A DNA stretch of 64,000 nucleotides from a bacterium (GTDB lineage Bacteria > UBA8248): positions 4,000,001 to 4,064,000 of the forward strand of contig OZ244799.1 in the NCBI GenBank assembly GCA_965219955.1, given 5' to 3'. Under the pieces are notes generated by a model that was given only the letters and a program-made list of their open reading frames with translations, made no database searches and had not been told where the DNA came from. The position numbers and the translations under genes were made by a program. Position 1 is the first letter of the stretch. Each line of letters begins with the position of its first letter. Of the stretch, positions 28,337 to 37,530 are shown in pieces.

Positions 28337-29755
28337 CTAAAGGTCGGGTTTTCTCTCCCGCCATTCGGGGGTTGCTTCCTCATACGCATGCCCGACCCGG
28401 AACCCGCGCGCCTCATCGCCGGGTCGGGTCGTAATTTGCATCGCCATGGGGAGTCCGTGGGCCGAATCGAAGCCCGTGGGCACCATCAGGCCGGGGAAGC
28501 CGAGGAAGCTCTGCACGCCCGTCAGGTTGCGCCCCAGGCCGATGAAATCCATCTCCTTTCCGTTCACGAGCGCGGTGGTCGTTTCGACGGGTGCCGCCAG
28601 GCAGGGATAGCCGGGCGAGAGCATGGCGTTGTAAGGCGCCATGAGGTCGAGCATCCTGCGGATAATCGCCTTGCGGCGGTTGATCGCGTCGATATAGGTC
28701 GCCAGCGTGGTTTTCTCTGCGTTGGCGATACGCTGTTGCAAGCGAAGCCCATAGCCATCCGGATCCGCGTGATAGCGCTCGCCGTGCACGCGGTAGAATT
28801 CCGCGTCCGCGATGGCGCGGCGGTGGGGGTTGATCTCCCCTGCGAAGGGGCAGGGGACTTCTTCGATCTCGGCGCCCAGCCCGCGCAGCACGTCGAGCGC
28901 CGCCTCGAACGCGCTCAGGATGGGCGCATCGATCTCGACGTCAATCAAATCTTGGGAGATCATGAATCGCATGCCGCCGACCCCCTTTTCCAGGTCGGCG
29001 GAAAAATCGGGCGTCTCCATATCGGCGGAGAAAGGGTCGGCATGGTCGTAGCCCGCAAGCGCCTGGAGCAGCAGAGCACAGTCGCGCACCGTCCGCGTCA
29101 GGGGTCCTACGTGGTCGAGACTCGTCGCATTCGGATAGACGCCGCGCAGGCTGATCCGCCCGTAGGTCGGCTTGAGACCCACCACGCCGCAAATCGCCGC
29201 CGGTCCCCGCACGGATCCGCCGGTGTCGGTTCCGAGCGTACCGGGCGCCATTCGCGCGGCGACCGCTGCGCCTGAGCCGCCGCTCGAGCCCGCCGGCACA
29301 CGGGAGACGTCCCAGGGGTTGCGGCACGCCCCGTGGTGGGGGTTCTTGGTCGCCGATTCGGCGGCGAACTCCGCCGTGTTGCACTTGCCGATCATGACGG
29401 CGCCGGCCTCCCGCAGCCGCCGGACGCATTCGGCGTCCTGCGCCGGCACGTTGTCGCGGAAAAAGCTGGACCCCTGCGTGGTGCGTACGCCCGCCGTGTC
29501 GATGATGTCCTTGACCCCGACCGGCACGCCGTGCAACGGCCCGCGAATCCTGCCTCCCATCATTTCGGTTTCAGCCGCCTTCGCCTCGGCGCGCGCGCGC
29601 TCATGCGCCACGGTGGTGAACGCGTTCAGGGCCGGGTTGAGGGCGTCGATCTGCGCCAGATGCGCGTCGGTCACCTCTACCGGGGATAATTCCCTTGCGG
29701 CGATTTTTTTCGAGAGCTCATCAATCGTGAGATCACAGATTTCGGTTGTGGACAC
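28337..29755 (-). CDS. Amidase signature family protein (GatA/AtzE-like)
   Basis: VKD, GSSGGS, GTDTGGSVRGPA (Ser-cisSer-Lys). Start placed at GTG 29755. Confidence 0.92.
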   Translation of the reverse strand: MSTTEICDLTIDELSKKIAARELSPVEVTDAHLAQIDALNPALNAFTTVAHERARAEAKAAETEMMGGRIRGPLHGVPVGVKDIIDTAGVRTTQGSSFFRDNVPAQDAECVRRLREAGAVMIGKCNTAEFAAESATKNPHHGACRNPWDVSRVPAGSSGGSGAAVAARMAPGTLGTDTGGSVRGPAAICGVVGLKPTYGRISLRGVYPNATSLDHVGPLTRTVRDCALLLQALAGYDHADPFSADMETPDFSADLEKGVGGMRFMISQDLIDVEIDAPILSAFEAALDVLRGLGAEIEEVPCPFAGEINPHRRAIADAEFYRVHGERYHADPDGYGLRLQQRIANAEKTTLATYIDAINRRKAIIRRMLDLMAPYNAMLSPGYPCLAAPVETTTALVNGKEMDFIGLGRNLTGVQSFLGFPGLMVPTGFDSAHGLPMAMQITTRPGDEARGFRVGHAYEEATPEWRERKPDL

Positions 29756-30040
29756 TTCCTTATCCTCGATTGCGTGTGGATAACCTGATGAGCGGGAAAT
29801 TCCGGTCTTCCGGCGATTCCCTGCGCCATGACTCGGATTGCGCATCTTAACAGGTTTCGGGAGTGGGGCTAAGGGTGTGGTACATTCGCCATTTTTCTGC
29901 TCGTGTGATCCGGCAGAAGAAACCCCCCGCGGTTCGGCGCACAGGCCGAAAGTGTTAGGATGATTTTTCGTTTCCATCAATCTTATAGAGAACGTCCCGG
30001 CGAAAACCGGGCGGCCTCATTATCAGCAAAGGAGCGCGTC

Positions 30041-31216
30041 ATGCCGGAAGCACCCGCCAACACCCGATGGTTCACCTATTTTCCCGAGGATTACCGCTGG
30101 TCCTCAGGCGTCGTGAACTGCCTCTCCGTGGCCCCCTGGGGCGGGGCCGACATCGGCGAGGTCGATCAGGTGGGCAGACGCCTCAGGAAAGACGTCGGAA
30201 ACGATGCGCTCTGGTTCCGCGAGTGGGTCCGCATGGCGAACAAGGTGCGCGATTTGGGATTAGCGGCGGAAGAGAACAACCACCGACTCAGCGCCGCCTA
30301 CCACCACAAGCGCGCCGCGATGTATTACCAGATAGGTGAGCGCTTCCGCACGCCCAAGGACAAGCGGGCGAAAGACGCCTACAAACTCGCTCTCGACAGC
30401 TTCCTGCGCTTCACGAAGCTGACCGACGCGCCCAGGATCGAGCGCGTGGAGGTGCCTTACGAGAACGGCGCGAGCCTGCCGGGATATTTCGTGCACGCGC
30501 AGAACACGAAAAAGGCCAAGCCCCCCGTCGTCGTTTATTTCGATGGTCTCGACATCACGAAGGAGATTCAGTACCTGCGCGGCGTTGAGGAATTCGTGCG
30601 GCGCGGTATGAGCTGTCTCGTCATGGACGGGCCGGGAACCGGGGAGGCCATCCGTTTCAGGGAACAATACCTCCGCCCCGACTATGAAGTTGCAGGCTCC
30701 GCCGCGCTTGATTACCTCGAGACGCGCGGAGACGTGAACGCCCGTAAGGCCGCCGTCATCGGCATCAGCCTGGGCGGTTACTACGCGCCCCGCATCGCCA
30801 GCATGGAGAGGCGCTACAAGGCGTGCGTCGCCTGGGGGGCGTGCTGGGATTACCACGCGACGTGGAAAAAGCGCGTCGCCGCTTCGATGCAGACGGAACT
30901 ATCCGTGCCGGGTCACCACATCCTGTGGATCTTCAACACGACGAATTTCGAGGACACCTTCAGGAAGCTCGAGGGTTTCCGGCTCGACGGCGTGGTGCAG
31001 AAGATGCGGTGTCCGTTCCTGCTCACCCACGGGATCGACGACAAGCAGGTGCCCACGCGCGACGCGAGAAAACTCTTTAACGCCGTGGGTTCGAAGGACA
31101 AGACACTTAAGATATTCACCGTGAAGGAGGGCGGTTCCCAGCACTGCCAGCGCGACAACCTCTCGCTCGGCGTCACCTACATCGCGGATTGGCTGATGGA
31201 AAAGCTAAGGCCCTGA
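30041..31216 (+). CDS. Alpha/beta hydrolase, FrsA / 2,6-dihydroxypseudooxynicotine hydrolase-like
   Basis: GLD, DGPGTGE, GISLGGYYAPR, C-terminal HCQ; AAGGAG RBS. Confidence 0.9.
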   Translation: MPEAPANTRWFTYFPEDYRWSSGVVNCLSVAPWGGADIGEVDQVGRRLRKDVGNDALWFREWVRMANKVRDLGLAAEENNHRLSAAYHHKRAAMYYQIGERFRTPKDKRAKDAYKLALDSFLRFTKLTDAPRIERVEVPYENGASLPGYFVHAQNTKKAKPPVVVYFDGLDITKEIQYLRGVEEFVRRGMSCLVMDGPGTGEAIRFREQYLRPDYEVAGSAALDYLETRGDVNARKAAVIGISLGGYYAPRIASMERRYKACVAWGACWDYHATWKKRVAASMQTELSVPGHHILWIFNTTNFEDTFRKLEGFRLDGVVQKMRCPFLLTHGIDDKQVPTRDARKLFNAVGSKDKTLKIFTVKEGGSQHCQRDNLSLGVTYIADWLMEKLRP

Positions 31217-31217
31217 G
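30988..31217 (+). repeat. Left copy of a 230-bp direct repeat (3' end of the hydrolase gene)
   Basis: Colinear and gap-free with 34093-34322, with scattered substitutions. Confidence 0.9.
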
Positions 31218-31375
31218 AGTCAATTCCGAGCGATGCGGGAGAAGTAGACCATCCGCAGAATGAGGGTTCGCGGCTTTCGCAGAAGGTGGTTTCCGCCCCG
31301 AGAAGACGCTCTACCTCCTCCTTGAACCGGACGGGATATCGGAACCATCACCAACCCCGGCCTGCCAATTGAATA

Positions 31376-31405
31376 CCTGTCGGCCTTTCGGGGAAGGCCG
31401 ACAGG
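31376..31405. terminator. Strong hairpin, possible terminator
   Basis: CCTGTCGGCCTT-TCGGGG-AAGGCCGACAGG; no clear U-tract. Confidence 0.35.
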
Positions 31406-31614
31406 CGGGAACCCGCTTCAAGAACTTATACCTCGTGGATCGTGTCGCAACCAGCCTGGACCACGAATCGACCATACTGCCTTCGGCCTGCCCGAAAAAT
31501 TACAAACGGCTTGATGACGTCCCCCGAACATGCTCCTTCCCATGAAGTCCTCGAAGCTCTCCACGTCGCCCATGCGCCGACTTTCGCGGTCTTTGAACTC
31601 ACCCTTTGCAATTT

Positions 31615-31656
31615 TATGGATTATATGAATAATAATATGAATTAGGTATGAATAAT
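31615..31656 (+). promoter_or_regulatory. AT-rich tandem TATGAAT repeats upstream of the hybrid kinase gene
   Basis: TATGGAT at 31615; TATGAAT at 31624, 31636 and 31647. Confidence 0.4.
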
Positions 31657-31740
31657 TCAGTTTTTACATGACTTCAGCACGAATTCTGCATCTTCCGGTA
31701 ACCGATCCGGCCAACCCCCCGCCGGAAGAGGGCAGATGCC

Positions 31741-34080
31741 ATGAGTAATCCTGACGACCGAGAAGTCACCGAGCAGGGACATGAGGCGCGCCATTCCGGT
31801 TTGGCTGCGGCGATGCTGCGCATCGGTGCGAGCCTCGATCTGGAGACCGTCCTCAACGAGGTGGTGGAAAGCGCCCGAGCGCTGACTGGCGCGCGTCACA
31901 GCATCATCTCCACCATCGACGAAACAGGCGCGCCCCAGAACTTCGTCTCCTCGGGCTTTACCGAAGAGGAACAGCGCAACATGGTCGAATGGCCCGACGG
32001 CCCGAAGCTCTTCGCGTTCTTCCGCGACGTGCCGGGGCCGCTGCGCATCACCGACTTCCCGGCCTATATCAGCTCGATCGGCTTCTCGGCAGACTTCCTG
32101 CCGTCGACGCCGAAGACTTTCCAGGGAACGCCGATGCGTCACCGGGGGGTGCACGTCGGCAGCTTCTTCCTCGCCGGGAAGGAAGGCGGTGAGACGTTCA
32201 CCGACGAGGACGAGGCGGTGCTGGTGCTGTTCGCCGCGCAGGCAGCTGCAGCCATCGCCCATGCCCGCGCCTACCATGACGAGCGGCGCGCCCGCGCCGA
32301 CCTCGAAGCGCTCATCGAGACCTCGCCGGTTGGAGTGGTCGTGTTCGACGCGACGAGTGGCAACCCGATATCGCTCAACCGCGAGGCGCGGCGGATCGTC
32401 GAGAGCCTCCTCAAGCCGGTGCGGGCCGCCGAGGACCTCCTGCGAACGATCAATTGCCGGCGCGGCGACGGGCGTGAGATCGCGCTCACCGAGTTGCCCA
32501 TGGCCGCGGCGCTGAGCAGCGCGGAGACGGTGCGCGCCGAGGAGATCGAACTCTCGGTTCCCGACGGGCGCAGCGTGAAGGTACTGGTCAACGCGACCCC
32601 GATCCGCGTCGAGGACGGCTCGCTCGTCTCCATGGTGGTCACCATGCAGGATCTCGCGCCGCTCGAGGATCTGGAGCGCATGCGCGCGGAGTTTCTCGGC
32701 ATGGTGAGCCACGAGTTGCGCGCGCCTCTGGCCTCGATAAAGGGATCGGCCGCCACGGTGCTCGGCCGCTCGCGGAACTTCGCACCGGCAGAAATCGAAC
32801 AGTTCTTTCGCATCATCGAGGAGCAGGCCGACCGCATGGACAGCCTGATCGGCGACCTGCTCGACGCCGGGCGCATCGAGACGGGCACGCTCTCGGTCGC
32901 GCCCGAGCCTTCGGAGGTGGTGGACCTGCTCGACCGGGCGCGCACCACTTTCCTTTCCGGCGGCGGCCGTCACCGGGTGGTCATTGACCTGCCGCCGGAC
33001 CTCCCCCAGGTTTTGGCCGACCGGGCGCGCATCGTGCAAGTGCTGAACAACCTGCTCGCCAACGCCGCCCGGTACTCGCCAGAGTCTTCGCCAATCCGGA
33101 TCGAGGCGGCCTGTGAGGGCGTCCACGTCGCGATAGCGATATCCGACGAGGGTCACGGCCTTACACCGGAGCGGCTGGCGAAGCTGTTCCGCAAATATGC
33201 CCGCGACGGGAAGCGCTGGGCCGGGGGCGGGCTCGGTCTCGCTATCTGCAAGGGCCTGGTCGAGGCGCATGGCGGTCGTATCCGGGCCGAGAGCGGCGGG
33301 CCCGGCCAGGGAGCGCGCTTCACCTTCACGCTTCCGGCGGCCGACGATACCGGCGGTACCAGTGCCGAGCGAAGTCGTACGACGGCACGTATCGACGACG
33401 GCGAACGGACGCGCATCCTCGTGGTCGACGACGATCCGGAGACGCTGCGCTTTGTCCGCGACGCACTCGGCGAGGCGGGCTACGCCCAGGTGGTGACGGG
33501 CAACCATGATGAACTCTCTTACGTCCTCGAGACGGAGAAGCCCGCCCTGGTCCTGCTCGACCTGATGCTGCCGGGGACCGACGGCATCGAACTGATGGAA
33601 CAGGTTCCCGGGCTCTCGGACGTCCCGGTCGTTTTCATCTCCGGCTACGGCCGGGACGAGACGATCGCGCGGGCGCTCGAGGCCGGCGCCGAGGACTACA
33701 TCGTCAAGCCCTTCTCGCCGACCGAACTGGTGGCGCGGGTCCGGGCAGCGCTCCGGCGCCGGACCAAGCCGGAACCCTTCATTCTTGGCGACCTCGCCAT
33801 CGACTACGACCGGCGCCGGGTGAGCGTCGGCGGACGCCTGGTCGCGCTCACGGCAACGGAATACGATCTGCTACGCACCCTCTCGCTGGGCGCCGGGCGT
33901 GTGTTGACATACGATGCCCTGCTGCGACAGGTCTGGAGCGGGCGGAACAGCGACGCGAAGATCGTGCGGGCCTACGTCAAGAGGCTGCGCAGGAAGCTCG
34001 GCGACGACGCCAAGAGGCCCACCTACATCCTGACCGAGCTCCGAGTCGGCTACCGCATGCCCCGTCCGGGCGACCCGTAA
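31741..34080 (+). CDS. Soluble hybrid sensor: GAF-PAS-HisKA-HATPase-REC-OmpR/KdpE-type winged helix
   Basis: VSHELRAPL H-box, NLLANA, DEGHG, GLGL; REC VVDDD, LLDLMLP, KPF; wHTH LTATEYDLL...YVKRLRRKLGDD...VGY. Confidence 0.92.
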   Translation: MSNPDDREVTEQGHEARHSGLAAAMLRIGASLDLETVLNEVVESARALTGARHSIISTIDETGAPQNFVSSGFTEEEQRNMVEWPDGPKLFAFFRDVPGPLRITDFPAYISSIGFSADFLPSTPKTFQGTPMRHRGVHVGSFFLAGKEGGETFTDEDEAVLVLFAAQAAAAIAHARAYHDERRARADLEALIETSPVGVVVFDATSGNPISLNREARRIVESLLKPVRAAEDLLRTINCRRGDGREIALTELPMAAALSSAETVRAEEIELSVPDGRSVKVLVNATPIRVEDGSLVSMVVTMQDLAPLEDLERMRAEFLGMVSHELRAPLASIKGSAATVLGRSRNFAPAEIEQFFRIIEEQADRMDSLIGDLLDAGRIETGTLSVAPEPSEVVDLLDRARTTFLSGGGRHRVVIDLPPDLPQVLADRARIVQVLNNLLANAARYSPESSPIRIEAACEGVHVAIAISDEGHGLTPERLAKLFRKYARDGKRWAGGGLGLAICKGLVEAHGGRIRAESGGPGQGARFTFTLPAADDTGGTSAERSRTTARIDDGERTRILVVDDDPETLRFVRDALGEAGYAQVVTGNHDELSYVLETEKPALVLLDLMLPGTDGIELMEQVPGLSDVPVVFISGYGRDETIARALEAGAEDYIVKPFSPTELVARVRAALRRRTKPEPFILGDLAIDYDRRRVSVGGRLVALTATEYDLLRTLSLGAGRVLTYDALLRQVWSGRNSDAKIVRAYVKRLRRKLGDDAKRPTYILTELRVGYRMPRPGDP

Positions 34081-34092
34081 ACGCCCGGGTGC

Positions 34093-34322
34093 CGGCGTGG
34101 TGCAGAAGATGATGTGCCCGCTCCTGCTCACCCACGGGATCGACGACAAGCAGATGCCCACGCGCGACGCGCGCGAACTCTTCGGCGCCGTGGACTCGAA
34201 GGACAAAATGCTCAAGATCTTCACCGTCAGGGAAGGCGGTTCCCGGCATTGCCAGCGCGACAACCTCTCGCTCGGTGTCACCTACATCGCCGACTGGCTG
34301 ATGGAGAAGCTCAAGCCGTGAG
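34093..34322 (+). pseudogene. Displaced 3' fragment of the hydrolase gene (right copy of the 230-bp repeat)
   Basis: Encodes only the last ~74 aa of 30041-31216 and has no 5' part. Confidence 0.85.
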
Positions 34323-34358
34323 GCTCGAACCCGACCGATGAGGGAGAGTTACGGTTTT

Positions 34359-34526
34359 GTAGGGGCCGCATAAATGCGGCCCAAACGATGGCTGGCGAAA
34401 AAGGGTCGCATATATGCGACCCCTACGGATCAATTCCTATCTCAATCGGCTTGTTCTAATCACCTCATTACGGTGTCAAACACATCGAGGAAGCTGGTGG
34501 TAGGGACAGGTCGAGTCCTGTCCTAC
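34359..34526. repeat. GTAG REP doublet (34359-34426) and single palindrome (34500-34526)
   Basis: GTAGGGGCCGCATAAATGCGGCCC ... GGGTCGCATATATGCGACCCCTAC; GTAGGGACAGGTCGAGTCCTGTCCTAC. Confidence 0.75.
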
Positions 34527-34529
34527 AGG

Positions 34530-35153
34530 CTATTTCCCCGCAAGCCACGCCTCCGCATCCTTCCGGACGGCCGCCTCTTCCGCGCTGTGCTGGAGCACGA
34601 TGTCCCCGGCGGGCGGGTGGCCGATTTTCGCGTTCCGCCAGCAATGGTAGCGGATGGCCGCCGGGTAGCCTGCGAGGTCGATGGAGGCGTAGAACGAGGC
34701 GGGCACTTCGTCGGGCTTGTACGGGTCCATCCGGTCTTTTTCGTAGATGTTGGTTCGCTTCCAGATGCGCCACGCGCCGTCTCGTTTCTCCAGCAGGGCG
34801 AGCACGCGGCTCCAGGTCGTGAAATCGAGTTCCACGCCGTCGATGAACCTTCGCTGGTAGAGGATCAGGTCGTGCTCGGCGGCGGCGCGCGCGCCTGCCA
34901 GGCGCACCCAGGGGTTCGTGACGGTGTGCTTCTGGCTCTCGCCGGGGTGGCGGGCGACCTTCATCTTCTTCGCGGCTTCGACGAACTCATCCCGCGTTCC
35001 GCTGAACCAGGAAGTCGTGAGCGTGGCGTCTTCGTGATAGCAATCTCGCCACGCCTCCCAGAGGCCTGCGTCGCGCGCGTAGTTCACGACTGAGAGAACG
35101 TCCTTTATCTCGTTCTTGTCGACGCTCTCCTGAATTCTTTTGTCCGCTTCCAC
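34530..35153 (-). CDS. NTF2/SnoaL-like family protein
   Basis: ARDAGLWEAWRDCYHEDA...WFSG...EKRDGAWRI...YEKDRMDP. Start placed at GTG 35153. Confidence 0.8.
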   Translation of the reverse strand: MEADKRIQESVDKNEIKDVLSVVNYARDAGLWEAWRDCYHEDATLTTSWFSGTRDEFVEAAKKMKVARHPGESQKHTVTNPWVRLAGARAAAEHDLILYQRRFIDGVELDFTTWSRVLALLEKRDGAWRIWKRTNIYEKDRMDPYKPDEVPASFYASIDLAGYPAAIRYHCWRNAKIGHPPAGDIVLQHSAEEAAVRKDAEAWLAGK

Positions 35154-35167
35154 CGAAGATCCTTTCC

Positions 35168-35584
35168 TCAAACGAACTCGTGCACTTCGGCGAACATGCC
35201 CTTCACGACGCCCCCGCTCAGGTGGCCGACCAGGACTTCGCCGGGCTGGTAGGGGCCGCCGCTCAGCGCCAGGTGGAGGTGGATGTAGGGCTTGGGTTCC
35301 TCCCACGTCTCGTCCCCGCGGACGGCGGGCGGTTTCTCGGGCCAGGAGATGTTGCCTACGGCGATGAGTTCGCGCCAGTCGTGGAAATAGCGCTGCGCCG
35401 ATGGGCCGATGATGTCTCTGAAACCCGTGCGTATGTCCGATTCCTTGAGCGCGCCGAACACGATGAGCGATGCGCTCCGTATGTTCTTCTCGATGACGAA
35501 ACGCTCGAACTCCCCGAAGAAATCATCGTCCTCATCGAATTCCAGATGAAAGACGCGGCCCAGTTTCTTCTCTTCCGCTCGCAT
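35168..35584 (-). CDS. PPC domain (DUF296) protein
   Basis: GRVF...GAL...ELIAVGNI...HLHLALS...VGHL. Confidence 0.8.
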   Translation of the reverse strand: MRAEEKKLGRVFHLEFDEDDDFFGEFERFVIEKNIRSASLIVFGALKESDIRTGFRDIIGPSAQRYFHDWRELIAVGNISWPEKPPAVRGDETWEEPKPYIHLHLALSGGPYQPGEVLVGHLSGGVVKGMFAEVHEFV

Positions 35585-35586
35585 TC

Positions 35587-36450
35587 CTATCCCTCCTTCA
35601 CCTCCGCGTAGAGGTTTTCGAGCCCCCGCCGGAACGTCCGCCTCCTGTGCGCGATCCACGATTCGCCGCGTCCCGTATCGGACCAGAAGAATTTCTCGAA
35701 CGAATCGTCGGTTGAGACGTCCTCCTGCGTCATGCCCTTTTCCACCAATCCTTCCATGATTCCCCACATCTCCTCGAATTCGTTCCTGAAACGCCGCACT
35801 TCCCCGACGCCGCATATCTCCCCGTGGCCAGGGACGACGTGCGCGACGGGCAGGCGCTCCATCCAGGCGAGCGCCTCGATCCACTCCCGAAAGCGCGCCT
35901 CGCGCATCCCGGGGCCCGGCTCGTTGATCATCACGTCACCCGTGAAGATGACGCCTTCCTCGGGCACGTACACCGAACTGCATGCGGGCGTGTGGCCGCC
36001 CAGGCGGTAAATCTCGAACGTCAGGGGATGCAGGTGGAGCGTCATCACCTCATCGAAACAAACTTGAGGCAGGGGGAGGACAGCCTCCGCGATCTCTTTC
36101 GCCTCATCATGCGCGCCGATGTCATCCAGCGTGTCGATGAAAGTCTCGCGTCCGGCTAGAGAGCCGCCCTTCGCGGCGAGCGCATCATATACGCGCTGCG
36201 GCGCGATGGAGACGACATCCGCATCCTCGATGAACGCGGCGCCGATGGTGTGATCACCGTGATAATCCGTCGAAATGCGGTAGCGGATGCCTTCGGGGCT
36301 AAGCGCCCTCAGTTTTTCCTGCCAGTTCCTTGAGTCCGAGGGCCGCACGGGGCAGTCGATGAGCACCACACCGGCCTCGGTGACGGCAGCGCCCACGTTC
36401 GCCCACAGATATTCGGTCTCCGCAACGAGATGATCACTCAGGCGCCGCAT
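35587..36450 (-). CDS. Metallo-beta-lactamase fold hydrolase (cyclase-like)
   Basis: TDYHGDH, GGHT, FTGD, VPGHG. Confidence 0.88.
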   Translation of the reverse strand: MRRLSDHLVAETEYLWANVGAAVTEAGVVLIDCPVRPSDSRNWQEKLRALSPEGIRYRISTDYHGDHTIGAAFIEDADVVSIAPQRVYDALAAKGGSLAGRETFIDTLDDIGAHDEAKEIAEAVLPLPQVCFDEVMTLHLHPLTFEIYRLGGHTPACSSVYVPEEGVIFTGDVMINEPGPGMREARFREWIEALAWMERLPVAHVVPGHGEICGVGEVRRFRNEFEEMWGIMEGLVEKGMTQEDVSTDDSFEKFFWSDTGRGESWIAHRRRTFRRGLENLYAEVKEG

Positions 36451-36480
36451 ATCCGGTTCCGCCCAATCGAGAAAACGCAG

Positions 36481-36508
36481 AGGCGGGGGCGCGACTCCAC
36501 CCCCGCCT
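36481..36508 (-). terminator. Hairpin downstream of tctC
   Basis: AGGCGGGGG-n10-CCCCCGCCT stem-loop. Confidence 0.4.
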
Positions 36509-36540
36509 GATTCATCAACTTCCTGGTAACGCCTGTGTTC

Positions 36541-37530
36541 CTAGTTCCTGATCTTCACCCCTGCATTCTTGTAGATGTCCTTGTTGCTCTCGTATTCCGC
36601 TCTCACCTCTTTCAGGAGCTTCTCGCCGACGACAGGCTCGGCCTTGACGCCCATCTTCCTGAGCAGGCGCTTGAAGGTCTTGTCCTTCGCCACCTTGAGC
36701 AGGGCCTTCTCCAGGATGTCGATCCTGTCCTTGGGCGTTCCCGCGGGCACCATGACGATGCGCTTCGAAGACAGCAGAAGGTCCACCCCCTGCTCCCTGA
36801 AGGTCGGCACGTCCGGGAAAAGCGGGAACCGCTTGGCGGCGGCGATGCCCAGAATGCGGATTTTGCCGGACTTGTAGTTGGAGAGAACGCCGCCCGTCGC
36901 CGGGTTGGCGCCCGCCGTTTGCACGTGCCCGCCCAGCATGGCCTTCATGGCCGGGCCGCCGCCGCGGAAGGGAACGTGGGGCAACGGCGCCTTCGTGTCG
37001 TAGGCGATCTTGAGCATCATGGTGTGGCTCAGGCCATAGGTTCCCGTGGAGCCGTGCTTGATCTTGCCTTTGCTCTTTTTCGCCGCGGCGATGTATTCCT
37101 TGAAGTTCTTCCACGGCTGGTTCCCCAGCGTGACCAGCAGGTAGGGGAGTTCGTTGATCTGGAACACGGGGATGAAATCCTTGAAGGGGTCGAAGCCCAT
37201 GTCCTTCACGTGGGGCGACATGTAGAGATGGCTGTTCGCGCCCATCGCGAGGGTATAGCCGTCGGGCTTGGCGCGCTTGAGCGCTCCCATCCCAATCTTT
37301 CCGCCGCCGCCCGGCACGAGCTGCACGTAAGCGGGCTGACCGATGTACTGGTGCAGCACGCTGGCCACGGCGCGCGAGTGGAGGTCGTGCGATCCGCCCG
37401 CGCCCAGGGGCACGATGATCTTGATGGGTTTCGAGGGGTACTTCTCCGCCGCGGCGGGGAGGGCGGTGAAAGCGAGGAGCCCAAGCGACAGAACCGCCGC
37501 CAGGGCGATCTTCCAGGATTTGCGCATCAT
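36541..37530 (-). CDS. tctC: Tripartite tricarboxylate transporter substrate-binding protein (Bug/TctC)
   Basis: YPSKPIKIIVP..AGG..D, PDGYTL, HVPFRGGG, PDVPTFREQG. Confidence 0.92.
   Translation of the reverse strand: MMRKSWKIALAAVLSLGLLAFTALPAAAEKYPSKPIKIIVPLGAGGSHDLHSRAVASVLHQYIGQPAYVQLVPGGGGKIGMGALKRAKPDGYTLAMGANSHLYMSPHVKDMGFDPFKDFIPVFQINELPYLLVTLGNQPWKNFKEYIAAAKKSKGKIKHGSTGTYGLSHTMMLKIAYDTKAPLPHVPFRGGGPAMKAMLGGHVQTAGANPATGGVLSNYKSGKIRILGIAAAKRFPLFPDVPTFREQGVDLLLSSKRIVMVPAGTPKDRIDILEKALLKVAKDKTFKRLLRKMGVKAEPVVGEKLLKEVRAEYESNKDIYKNAGVKIRN

Noticed and set aside
28337-29755. gatA
   Set aside because: The amidase signature is present, but there are no gatB/gatC neighbours and the context is catabolic, so it is called a generic amidase.
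34097-34321. Independent 74-aa gene
   Set aside because: It is a duplicate of the hydrolase C-terminus, lacks the catalytic Ser region, and has no evident RBS.
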